Part shown: one piece after another, positions 48,787 to 57,301 of the stretch | Layout: each line of letters begins with the position of its first letter | Position numbering within the stretch: the stretch's first letter is position 1 | Assembly (NCBI GenBank): GCA_035506195.1 | Contig: DATJPV010000036.1 | Location: 16,100 to 80,099, forward strand | Direction: 5' to 3' | Length of the DNA stretch: 64,000 bases | DNA from: Patescibacteria group bacterium | Lineage (GTDB): Bacteria > Omnitrophota > Gorgyraeia > Gygaellales > Profunditerraquicolaceae | Translations under genes and position numbers: made by a program | Notes under the pieces: model-generated | Told to the model about the DNA's origin: nothing | The model's database searches: none | What the model saw: the letters and a program-made list of their open reading frames with translations, nothing else

Positions 48787-51700
48787 TGGGCGGCCAATGG
48801 CCTAAAATAAAAAAAGTAGCGGCATTGGCAGTGGCGGCGGTTTTTCTTGTCAGCCACTGCGGGTTCGCCGGCGTTGTACCCGGCGCAATGGCCGCTGACT
48901 ATTTGTTCGAGGTCGGTAAGCATTTTTATGACCAGGGCCGTTATGCGGATGCGCTGCATGAGTTCCACAAGGCCCTCATGCTTAACCCCGTCCATAAAGA
49001 GGTGCTGCGGTATATCGGCCTGATCACCGGCGCTGCGCAAGAAGTCTACATGGAAAAAGGCGTGGCGGTAGGCGCCGAGGCTCCTGGCGCGCCCAGGCCC
49101 AAAAGAGCAGTCTCTCCGGTAGGAACCCCTTTGATAACGATGCCCGGGCAGGCGCCTGCCGTGGCGCCTGCCGTGCTGCCAAAGCCGCAAAAGTCCCGGG
49201 AACAGTCTCTGGCCGAAGCCTTGAACGCCCAAGAGGCCGCAGTGCACCCAGGGCCGCAGGTTCCGGCTAAACCCGTGGCGCCTGTTGTTGTTCCCCGCGC
49301 TGCCGTTACTCCCGCACCTGCTGTCCCCGCAGCAAAAGAAGAGGCCGCGGAAACAGAAGGCCCCCGCTTGAACCTGTCCGCCATACAGCCTGCAGCCGTC
49401 AAGAAAGCCGGCGAGATCAGCCTTTTCATCAACGGCCAGGAAGTTTCCCTTGAGGAAGCCGTCCTCTTTAAAGACGGCCAGATCCTGGTGCCCCTGAAAG
49501 CAATAGCCCCTAAGTTATACTATAACCTTTTAGACCTCCAGGGCGGAAAATTTTCGCTCATCAACCCGGAAGGCAAAGCCCGCGATATCGCCGCCGTGCT
49601 TCAAGACGGCAAGCCGATGCTCGATGAAGGGCAGATCCGGGAGTATTTTTCTGCCCGTACCCGTTATGACGCCCAAGCCAAGGCCTTTTACATCGATACC
49701 CAGGCAAGCCAGGGCCTGAAATTGTATGTCCTGGAAAGGCCGCCGGAAGAAATACAGAAAGAAGCCCAGCAGCAAAAAGTCATTGCGCAGGCAACCGCCG
49801 TTCCGGAAAAACCCTCTGTTATCCCCGATGCAGCCCGGCCTTCGCTGGATGTCAGAGGCAACCTCAATTACACGTATTTCAAATATCATGTACTTCCGGT
49901 ATATCACGACCTTTCCTCCAGCCTTTACGGCCGGCTTTACGATTACAACCTGGCTTACCGCTCGGAATATAAAGATATAAACGGGCCGGTAAAGAACGAT
50001 TATACGACCATGTCTTTGTCTAAGCCGGGCATATACTACGGATTTTTCGACCAGTCGGCAGACCTGTATCCGCTGCGCCTGCAGTCAAGCGAGTTTACCG
50101 GCATCAAGGTGGTCCGCTCCCGGAATGAACTGACCAATACGACCCTCTGGGGCGGCCAGACCGAGAATACCATTGCCGGCACAAGCGGTTCGGTCAAGTA
50201 CCTCGGCAAGCTCTTTGGGGCAAGCCAGGATTTTTCGCCTATATACTGGTTGCACCTGAAGGGCGGGATGCTCTACACGGATAATACCGCAGACCAGCCT
50301 TCCCAGGTCGGCACCACTTCATACCCTCGCCAGAATTTCGTTACGTATTCCAACATAGCGCTGCAGCTGCCGCAGAGCACTACGCTTACCCTTTCCGGAG
50401 CCCACTGTTATTATTATCCCGATTATGCCCCCGATAGCGTGGCGATCCAGGATTGGGATTGGCGCATCGGCACGAATACGAATAAGCCGCGCTATAGCCT
50501 CGGTTTTGCGTATGAGAGGGTCGGCGAAAATTACGTCTCTATCGGGGACTCCGGCATTTACCAGGATTACCAGGGATGGGACCTTTACGGCGGCTGGAGG
50601 CCCACTGACCACTGGTCCATATTCACCAACGCCTCGCAGTACCATGATAACGTCTCGGATGACCCCCAGTCGGTTACTACCTATGCATCCAATTACGGCC
50701 TGTCTTCCGCTTACCGCATTACCGGGGACCAGACCGTTAACCTTATGTACAACCATTTTGTTTCGAATCCCGAAGGTCCGGCAGCCGGCCCCAGCGGCGT
50801 CAGCAACGTCTACCGGATAGACTATTTCCTGCCGCTTTTTTATCAGGTCCGCGGCTCGCTGAACTATGCGCTTACTCACTCCGATTCCGGCGGCTCCTTC
50901 GATTACGACGCCCCCAGCATAGGCGGGACCTTGTTCAGGTCGTTTGGCCAGGGCTCCAGCTGGTACCTGAGCCAGCAGGCAACCAATACCCTTTACCGGA
51001 ACCGGCCGGATAGCCACGACTACACCACGACCTTTAACCTGTATTATGCCATCAATCCGCTTTTGGCCGCGTATTTCAACGCCTCCTATGTCAGGAATGA
51101 CACCGATGGGGCGCACTCCACGAATCAGCTCTCCGGTGCTTTAGGGACCAGGTATAGCCTGTTCCCGGATACCACGTTAAGCTTCGAGTACAGCATCAAT
51201 TCGTATGACTTGCGCACGGAAAGAGACCGCTGGCCGAAAAGCTGGTCCATGCTTTTCTACGTAGCGCAAGGGTTCCAGATCAAGACCTCCCCGAATTTCG
51301 GTACGCTTGAAGGCCGGGTTTTCCAGGACCTCAACGATAACGGCAGGTGGGATTCCGGCGAACCCGGGGTGGAGGGAGCGCTTGTATACCTGGACGACAG
51401 GAGAGAGGCGACTACCGATGCGCGCGGGTATTTCAAGATCAACTATATGAATCCGATCCCGCAAAAAGTGTACCTGGACCTGGCGACGGTACCGCCGGAA
51501 TGGATGACCGCCCAGACGGAACAGTGGGTCCAGGTCAAGCCCAGGCGGGCATCGACGGTCGTCTTTGCCTTGCGCAAGGCCGCCGGCATCAAAGGGCGCG
51601 TCTTTGTCGACCAGAACGGCGACGGCATCTTCCAGGAAACGGAAGAGCCGCTGGAAAGCGTGGTCTTAAAACTCTCCCCGGGCGATCATATCACCCAGAC

Positions 51701-51881
51701 CAACGCCGACGGAGAGTTCAAGTTCGAATCCCTGGCGCCGGGGCACTATGCCCTGTCGATCTCCCCGGACGGGATCCCGACGGGTTATGAACTTACCTCC
51801 AAATCGGAAATAAAAATGGACCTGGCCGCAGGGGCACAGGTCCATGATACCAACTTTGCTCTCAAGCTTTCTACCCGCTAA
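48783..51881 (+). CDS. Usher-like outer membrane protein (TPR, linker, stalk domain, beta-barrel, two SdrD-B/CnaB-like domains)
   Basis: TPR (YLFEVG...ALHEFHKAL), Pro/Ala linker, Tyr-rich alternating beta region, GRVFQDLNDNG and GRVFVDQNGDG repeats. Confidence 0.68.
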   Translation: MMGGQWPKIKKVAALAVAAVFLVSHCGFAGVVPGAMAADYLFEVGKHFYDQGRYADALHEFHKALMLNPVHKEVLRYIGLITGAAQEVYMEKGVAVGAEAPGAPRPKRAVSPVGTPLITMPGQAPAVAPAVLPKPQKSREQSLAEALNAQEAAVHPGPQVPAKPVAPVVVPRAAVTPAPAVPAAKEEAAETEGPRLNLSAIQPAAVKKAGEISLFINGQEVSLEEAVLFKDGQILVPLKAIAPKLYYNLLDLQGGKFSLINPEGKARDIAAVLQDGKPMLDEGQIREYFSARTRYDAQAKAFYIDTQASQGLKLYVLERPPEEIQKEAQQQKVIAQATAVPEKPSVIPDAARPSLDVRGNLNYTYFKYHVLPVYHDLSSSLYGRLYDYNLAYRSEYKDINGPVKNDYTTMSLSKPGIYYGFFDQSADLYPLRLQSSEFTGIKVVRSRNELTNTTLWGGQTENTIAGTSGSVKYLGKLFGASQDFSPIYWLHLKGGMLYTDNTADQPSQVGTTSYPRQNFVTYSNIALQLPQSTTLTLSGAHCYYYPDYAPDSVAIQDWDWRIGTNTNKPRYSLGFAYERVGENYVSIGDSGIYQDYQGWDLYGGWRPTDHWSIFTNASQYHDNVSDDPQSVTTYASNYGLSSAYRITGDQTVNLMYNHFVSNPEGPAAGPSGVSNVYRIDYFLPLFYQVRGSLNYALTHSDSGGSFDYDAPSIGGTLFRSFGQGSSWYLSQQATNTLYRNRPDSHDYTTTFNLYYAINPLLAAYFNASYVRNDTDGAHSTNQLSGALGTRYSLFPDTTLSFEYSINSYDLRTERDRWPKSWSMLFYVAQGFQIKTSPNFGTLEGRVFQDLNDNGRWDSGEPGVEGALVYLDDRREATTDARGYFKINYMNPIPQKVYLDLATVPPEWMTAQTEQWVQVKPRRASTVVFALRKAAGIKGRVFVDQNGDGIFQETEEPLESVVLKLSPGDHITQTNADGEFKFESLAPGHYALSISPDGIPTGYELTSKSEIKMDLAAGAQVHDTNFALKLSTR

Positions 51882-51884
51882 CCT

Positions 51885-52106
51885 CTAGTTCTTCGCATAC
51901 GCGACCTGCGTATCCTCCTGTTGGTTCTGTTGCTCGGTTTTTTCCTCCTGCACAATCTGGGTTTGCGTTGCCGTCTCCCGCGCAGGGATGATGATGATGA
52001 CGGTGGCAGTAGCGCTTGCCTGTCCGGCATACACACAGTGGACCGGGATGCACAAAGATGCGAGCGTTGCGAATACGAGTATAAAGACTGTCAGTGTCTT
52101 TTTCAT
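51885..52106 (-). CDS. 73-aa secreted protein: signal peptide, donor-strand-like motif and acidic Gln-rich tail
   Basis: AAGGAGG RBS; MKK leader, VYA|GQASATATVIIIIP. Confidence 0.75.
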   Translation of the reverse strand: MKKTLTVFILVFATLASLCIPVHCVYAGQASATATVIIIIPARETATQTQIVQEEKTEQQNQQEDTQVAYAKN

Positions 52107-52119
52107 CTGTTGCCTCCTT

Positions 52120-52198
52120 TGAAAGTTTACGCCTTCAGGCCGTAAACTTTCAGGCGCTGGCGAAAGTCGGACGCCCGCCGGGTGTGGGCGTCCGGCTT
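52120..52198. other. Two intergenic stem-loops
   Basis: TGAAAGTTTACG/CGTAAACTTTCA and AAGTCGGACGCCCGC/GTGGGCGTCCGGCTT. Confidence 0.7.
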
Positions 52199-52207
52199 AC
52201 AACCAGT

Positions 52208-52471
52208 TCACCTTCCGTGGCCGGTGGTGGTACGTTGTCCCAAAACCTCCAGGACCCGACTTTCAAAATCCCTTTCAGACTTTATATTTTCTCCGGTGAT
52301 CCCCAGGTCTTTGACGAAATCGATCACCCAGGCGATCAATTTTGCCCGGGAGACCTTCAGGCCGGTAGAAAAGAGGGCGTCTTTTCCCATCTTGTCCAGG
52401 AAATCCACTTCTTCCCGGTTCAGGAAGGTCACAACGCGCTGATTTTTTTCTTCGGCAAGCACTGCGTCCAT
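52208..52471 (-). CDS. Ribbon-helix-helix-like DNA-binding protein
   Basis: AGGAG RBS; beta strand RVVTFL, helix EEVDFLDK, then G.KVSRAKLI helix. Confidence 0.6.
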   Translation of the reverse strand: MDAVLAEEKNQRVVTFLNREEVDFLDKMGKDALFSTGLKVSRAKLIAWVIDFVKDLGITGENIKSERDFESRVLEVLGQRTTTGHGR

Positions 52472-52522
52472 TTGAATCTCCTATATAATGAAAACGGCCC
52501 CGTTACATTTCTGGGGCCGCAT

Positions 52523-52553
52523 AAAAAACCCTAAAGAGGTCTTTAGGGTTTTT
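52523..52553 (-). terminator. Intrinsic terminator forming the riboswitch expression platform
   Basis: Minus strand AAAAACCCTAAAG-ACCT-CTTTAGGGTTTTTT; second hairpin with T tract at 52490-52520. Confidence 0.75.
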
Positions 52554-52555
52554 CT

Positions 52556-52640
52556 CCTCTTTGGCAGCTCAGCCTCCCGCTTGCGCGGGACTGTAGCTTT
52601 GCGCCCCAGCATTACTGCTAGTTAGCCTTTATCAGTAGGT
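52556..52640 (-). ncRNA. c-di-GMP-I (GEMM-I) riboswitch
   Basis: Minus strand AAAGGCTAAC-TAGCA-GTAA-TGCTG-GGGCGCAAAGCTACAG-TCCCGC-GCAA-GCGGGA-GGCTGAGCTGCC; GNRA P2 loop; G at the G20-equivalent position. Confidence 0.88.
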
Positions 52641-52659
52641 CTTCCTAATTGTCAATTCA

Positions 52660-52687
52660 AGTATAGCACATTGTGGTAAGATTTCAA
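52660..52687 (-). promoter_or_regulatory. Promoter for the riboswitch-led unit
   Basis: Minus strand TTGAAA-16bp-TATACT with extended TG. Confidence 0.6.
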
Positions 52688-52727
52688 GGTTGCCAAAAGA
52701 TTTTTTTTACATTTTACAAATTGCGCA

Positions 52728-52781
52728 AAAAACCCAGACCGTTTCTGGTTTTTTTAAAAACCAGAAACGGTCTGGGTTTTT
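52728..52781. repeat. 26-bp perfect inverted repeat with a 2-nt spacer
   Basis: AAAAACCCAGACCGTTTCTGGTTTTT-TT-AAAAACCAGAAACGGTCTGGGTTTTT. Confidence 0.9.
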
Positions 52782-52785
52782 GGGG

Positions 52786-52814
52786 TTGACTTTTTGCGGA
52801 AAGGGTGTTATGAT
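52786..52814 (+). promoter_or_regulatory. Sigma70 promoter of gatCAB
   Basis: TTGACT-17bp-TATGAT with extended TG. Confidence 0.7.
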
Positions 52815-52845
52815 TAGCTTAACTTATTGGCAGTAAAGGAGTAAA

Positions 52846-53133
52846 ATGGCGATCACCAAACAGAGCATCGAGTATGTTGCGCACCTTTCGCGTATCGATT
52901 TGAGCCCCGAAGAGCTGGAAAAGTTTTCCGGGCAGCTGGCGCAGATCGTCGCTTTTATCGACAAGTTAAAACAACTGGACGTGGAACACGTAAGCCCCAC
53001 GAGTCATATCCTGCCTATACAGAACGTGTTGAGACAGGATGTTCCCGGTCAATCCCTGCCCGTCGCGCAGGTCCTTGCGGACGCACCGAAACAGCAAGAT
53101 AACCTATTCGCCGTCCCCAAGATCATCGACTAA
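52846..53133 (+). CDS. gatC: Asp/Glu-tRNA amidotransferase subunit C
   Basis: VAHLSRI...NVLRQD...FAVPKII; precedes gatA. Confidence 0.93.
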   Translation: MAITKQSIEYVAHLSRIDLSPEELEKFSGQLAQIVAFIDKLKQLDVEHVSPTSHILPIQNVLRQDVPGQSLPVAQVLADAPKQQDNLFAVPKIID

Positions 53134-53134
53134 T

Positions 53135-54583
53135 ATGGAGTTTCACACACTCACCGCACACGAACTTCTGCCACTTATTAAAGACGGTAAAGCCGAACCG
53201 CTTCAGGTGCTGCGATCCCTGGAAAAACGGATCCGAGGCGTAGATCCCCGCGTAAAGGCTTACGTGCGCTTCCATGAATCCCTGGAACATACCGAAGCCA
53301 AGGCCGGGGAGGGTGTGTTGGCCGGCATCCCGGTTACGGTCAAAGATATCATTTGCACGCGCGATTTCAATACCGAATGTTGTTCGCGCATACTGGAAGG
53401 ATTTAGACCGCCGTACGATGCGACGGTAATCAGAAAATTAAAAGAAGCCGGGGCGATCATCCTGGGTACCAAGGTCAACATGGATGAGTTTGCGTTCGGC
53501 TCTTCGACCGAGAACTCCCGTTTCGGCCCGACGCATAACCCTTGGGACCTGGCGCGCGTGCCCGGCGGCTCCTCCGGCGGCTCCAGCGCTGCGGTTGCCG
53601 CGGATGAGGCGATCATTTCCCTGGGGACGGATACCGGCGGCTCGATCCGCCAGCCTGCTTCTTTCTGCGGGGTGGTCGGCCTGAAGCCCACCTATGGCCG
53701 GGTTTCCCGTTACGGCCTGATCGCCTTTGCCTCCAGCCTTGACCAGATCGGCCCGATCACCAAAGATGTCCGGGATTGCGCCTTGCTTATGAATACGATC
53801 TCCGGATACGACCCTCATGATTCTACCTCCGTTGACGAGCCGGTCCCGGATTATACCGCCGCGCTTACCGGAGACATCAAGGGTTTGAAGATCGGCATTC
53901 CCGACGAATATTTCGTCGAGGGCATGGACCCCGAGGTCAAGGCGATCGTAGGGGAGGCGATCCAGCAGCTTAAAAAATTAGGGGCAACGCATACGCCGGT
54001 ATCCCTGCCGCATACCGAATACGCGGTCCCGGTGTACTACATTATCGCTACCGCCGAAGCCAGCTCCAATCTGGCCAGGTTCGACGGCGTCCAGTACGGC
54101 TGGCGCGCAGAGGCGGTTAAGGCCCGGGGCCAGAACCTCATTGAAATGTATTCACAAACCAGAGGCCAGGCTTTCGGGGATGAGGTAAAGCGCAGGATCA
54201 TCCTGGGGACTTTCGCGCTTTCCCATGGCTATTACGATGCGTATTACCTGCGCGCCCTCAAAGTGCGCACCTTGATCAAAAACGATTTTGACGCGGTATT
54301 CAAGCAATTTGATTGTATTGTGACGCCGACCTCTCCCACGCCGGCATTCCGGATCGGAGAGAAGGCCGCAGACCCTCTGCAGATGTACCTGTCGGATATC
54401 TACACCATTTCGGTCAACCTTGCCGGGATACCGGCGATATCCGTGCCCTGCGGGTTTACCCGCAACGGGCTTCCGGTAGGGCTGCAGATCCTGGCCAAGC
54501 CCTTTGCCGAAGAGACGCTTTTGCGGGTGGCTCATGCCTACGAGCAGAGCACGGCCTGGCACACAATGAAACCGAAATTATAA
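53135..54583 (+). CDS. gatA: Asp/Glu-tRNA amidotransferase subunit A
   Basis: Amidase signature [16 protein letters not shown] and SSNLARFDG. Confidence 0.95.
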   Translation: MEFHTLTAHELLPLIKDGKAEPLQVLRSLEKRIRGVDPRVKAYVRFHESLEHTEAKAGEGVLAGIPVTVKDIICTRDFNTECCSRILEGFRPPYDATVIRKLKEAGAIILGTKVNMDEFAFGSSTENSRFGPTHNPWDLARVPGGSSGGSSAAVAADEAIISLGTDTGGSIRQPASFCGVVGLKPTYGRVSRYGLIAFASSLDQIGPITKDVRDCALLMNTISGYDPHDSTSVDEPVPDYTAALTGDIKGLKIGIPDEYFVEGMDPEVKAIVGEAIQQLKKLGATHTPVSLPHTEYAVPVYYIIATAEASSNLARFDGVQYGWRAEAVKARGQNLIEMYSQTRGQAFGDEVKRRIILGTFALSHGYYDAYYLRALKVRTLIKNDFDAVFKQFDCIVTPTSPTPAFRIGEKAADPLQMYLSDIYTISVNLAGIPAISVPCGFTRNGLPVGLQILAKPFAEETLLRVAHAYEQSTAWHTMKPKL

Positions 54584-54587
54584 TACC

Positions 54588-56015
54588 ATGGCATACGAAA
54601 CGGTTATCGGGCTGGAAGTCCACGTACACTTAAAGACCAAAACCAAGGCCTTCTGCGGCTGTTCGACGGAATTCGGCAATCCCCCCAATACGCAGGTCTG
54701 CCCCGTCTGCCTGGGGTTTCCGGGTTCGCTGCCGGTACTCAATACCGCCGCGCTTGACCATGCGATCAAGGTGGGCATTGCCTTGAACTGCACGGTGCAG
54801 GAGTATACGAAGTTCGACCGCAAGCATTACTACTATCCCGACCTGCCCAAAAACTACCAGATATCCCAATATGACCTGCCGGTATCCAAGGATGGGTTCC
54901 TGGATGTCGGCACAAGGCGCATCCGCATCAAGCGCGCCCATCTGGAGGAAGACGCAGGCAAGCTGATGCATGCTTCCCAGATAAGCCTGGTTGATTTCAA
55001 CCGCAGCGGCGTCCCCCTGCTTGAGATCGTCAGCGAACCGGACATCCGCTCTCCCCAGGAGGCGTATGAATACCTGGCGGCGTTAAAGAGTATCCTTGAA
55101 TACCTGGAGGTCTCGGACTGCGATATGGAGAAAGGGTCTTTGCGCTGCGACGCCAATGTTTCAATAAGGCCGCAAGGCAGCCGGGAACTGGGGACCAAGA
55201 CGGAGCTGAAGAACATGAATTCGTTTAAAGCCGTCAAAGACGCGCTCGCCTTCGAGATAACCCGGCAGACAGAGCTCGTCGAGCAGGGCGGCCAAGTCGT
55301 TCAGGACACCCGGTTATGGGACCCCAGAGAATCCAAGACCGTTTCCATGCGCACTAAAGAAGAAGCCAAAGATTACCGTTATTTTCCGGAACCGGACCTG
55401 CCGCCGTTTATCATCAGCAAGGAAAAGGTCGAAGCGGTCTGCAAGACCATATCCGAGTTGCCGAAAGAAAAATTGCAGCGTTTTGTGCGGGAGTACGGGC
55501 TGCTTGAGTCTGATGCCAGGATCCTCGTTGCCAATAAAAAAGACGCCGATTACGCCGAAGGCCTGATGCGGGCCTGGCCGGATAAAAATAAAAAGCCGGT
55601 CGTCAACTGGCTCATCGGCCCGCTTGCGGCAGCTGCCTCCGACCATAACACGAGCATCTCGGGGCTGAACATCCCCGGAGGCAACAGCGAGCTTATTAAG
55701 CTGGTGGCGTTCGTAGAGGAAGGTAAGGTCTCCAACCTTACGGCAAAAGAGGTTTTCAGCGACTCGCTTGCAAGCGGTACCCCTGCCTCCGGCATCATCC
55801 AGCAAAAAAACCTGTTTCAGGTGTCCGATACCGGGACTCTTGATACCTATGTCCAGGAAGCGATACGCGATAACGCGCCATCCGTCCTTGCGTACCGCTC
55901 CGGAAAGGCCAATGCGCTTATGTTCCTCGTAGGCCAGGTTATGAAAAAGACAGGCGGCAAAGCCAATCCCAAAGTAGTCCAGGAGATACTCAAGCGGAGG
56001 TTAGATAATGCGTAA
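54588..56015 (+). CDS. gatB: Asp/Glu-tRNA amidotransferase subunit B
   Basis: IGLEVH, YPDLPK.YQISQ, RCDANVS and YRYFPEPD. Confidence 0.95.
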   Translation: MAYETVIGLEVHVHLKTKTKAFCGCSTEFGNPPNTQVCPVCLGFPGSLPVLNTAALDHAIKVGIALNCTVQEYTKFDRKHYYYPDLPKNYQISQYDLPVSKDGFLDVGTRRIRIKRAHLEEDAGKLMHASQISLVDFNRSGVPLLEIVSEPDIRSPQEAYEYLAALKSILEYLEVSDCDMEKGSLRCDANVSIRPQGSRELGTKTELKNMNSFKAVKDALAFEITRQTELVEQGGQVVQDTRLWDPRESKTVSMRTKEEAKDYRYFPEPDLPPFIISKEKVEAVCKTISELPKEKLQRFVREYGLLESDARILVANKKDADYAEGLMRAWPDKNKKPVVNWLIGPLAAAASDHNTSISGLNIPGGNSELIKLVAFVEEGKVSNLTAKEVFSDSLASGTPASGIIQQKNLFQVSDTGTLDTYVQEAIRDNAPSVLAYRSGKANALMFLVGQVMKKTGGKANPKVVQEILKRRLDNA

Positions 56016-57288
56016 AAAATTAATTATCCCGGTACTGTTGTGCGCGGCGGTATTATGCATCAGCGCCGTCGTGATGTCCGAGGCGGAAAAAAGCAAGACT
56101 AAAGACGACTGGTACCGCCAGGTGGAGCTGTTCTCCGACGTGCTGGCGCTCATCCGCCAGAATTACGTCACCGAAGTCAACCCCAAAGACCTCATTTACG
56201 GGGCGCTCCGGGGGATGCTTTCCAGCCTTGACGCGCACAGCCAGTTCATGGACCCGGAAACCTACAGCGAGCTCAAAGTTGATACGGAAGGCAAATTCGG
56301 AGGCCTGGGGATAGAGATCACCCTGAAGGACGGGCTCTTGACGGTGGTCACGCCCATCGAAGATACCCCGGCCTGGAAGGCAGGCCTGAAGGCGAATGAC
56401 CGCATCGTCAAGATCGATAACGAGCTTACCCGCGACCTGACGCTTACCGACGCGGTAAAAAAATTGCGGGGCAGGCCCGGGGCGGCGGTAGAGCTTACCA
56501 TCCTGCGGGAATCGGAGAACAAGATCCTGGAGTTCAAGGTGGTCCGGGATATCATCAGGATAAAAGACATAAAAGTTGCCAAGATCCTCGAAGACGGTAT
56601 CGGCTATGTCCGGCTGGTGGAATTCCGGGAGAACACATCCACGGATATGGAGGCAGTGTTAAAGAGGCTTAAGTCAGAGGGGATGCGGGCGCTGGTGCTG
56701 GACCTGCGCAATAACCCCGGGGGCCTCTTGGATGTGGCGGTCGGCGTAGCGGAACGGTTCATCCCCAAAGGAAAGATGATCGTCTATACGCAAGGGCGCC
56801 AGGGCTCTCAGGATTTTAAATTCATCAGCCGCGCCGCTAACCCCATCCTGGACCTGCCCATGGTGGTCCTGGTCAACGAAGGTTCTGCCTCCGGCAGCGA
56901 GATTGTCGCCGGCTGCCTGCAGGACCACAAGAGGGCGATTATCCTGGGGACCAAATCCTTCGGCAAGGGCTCTGTCCAGACGGTGATCCCTCTTTCGGAC
57001 GGCTCGGCGCTGCGGCTGACCACCAGCAAATATTTTACTCCCGCCGGAAGGCAGATCCACGGTAAAGGCGTCATGCCCGATATCGTGGTCGAGAATGCCC
57101 GCGTGGAACCGGTGGATATGACGGCGCTGAGGCCCGATAAGTCGAAAGAGGTTTTTGAGGAGCTTGAGAGCAAAGAACCGAAGAAGCCCGCCGCGCAAGG
57201 CGCAGATTACGATTATCACCTTGATAACCAGCTTATGCACGCCCTGGATGTGCTCAAGGCGGTCATTATCTATAAACCCGCTGCGTAA
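56008..57288 (+). CDS. ctpA: Carboxyl-terminal processing protease (S41)
   Basis: PDZ domain, DLRNNPGG, SASGSE and GKGSVQ. Confidence 0.9.
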   Translation: MRKKLIIPVLLCAAVLCISAVVMSEAEKSKTKDDWYRQVELFSDVLALIRQNYVTEVNPKDLIYGALRGMLSSLDAHSQFMDPETYSELKVDTEGKFGGLGIEITLKDGLLTVVTPIEDTPAWKAGLKANDRIVKIDNELTRDLTLTDAVKKLRGRPGAAVELTILRESENKILEFKVVRDIIRIKDIKVAKILEDGIGYVRLVEFRENTSTDMEAVLKRLKSEGMRALVLDLRNNPGGLLDVAVGVAERFIPKGKMIVYTQGRQGSQDFKFISRAANPILDLPMVVLVNEGSASGSEIVAGCLQDHKRAIILGTKSFGKGSVQTVIPLSDGSALRLTTSKYFTPAGRQIHGKGVMPDIVVENARVEPVDMTALRPDKSKEVFEELESKEPKKPAAQGADYDYHLDNQLMHALDVLKAVIIYKPAA

Positions 57289-57301
57289 CGATTGAACCCA
57301 T

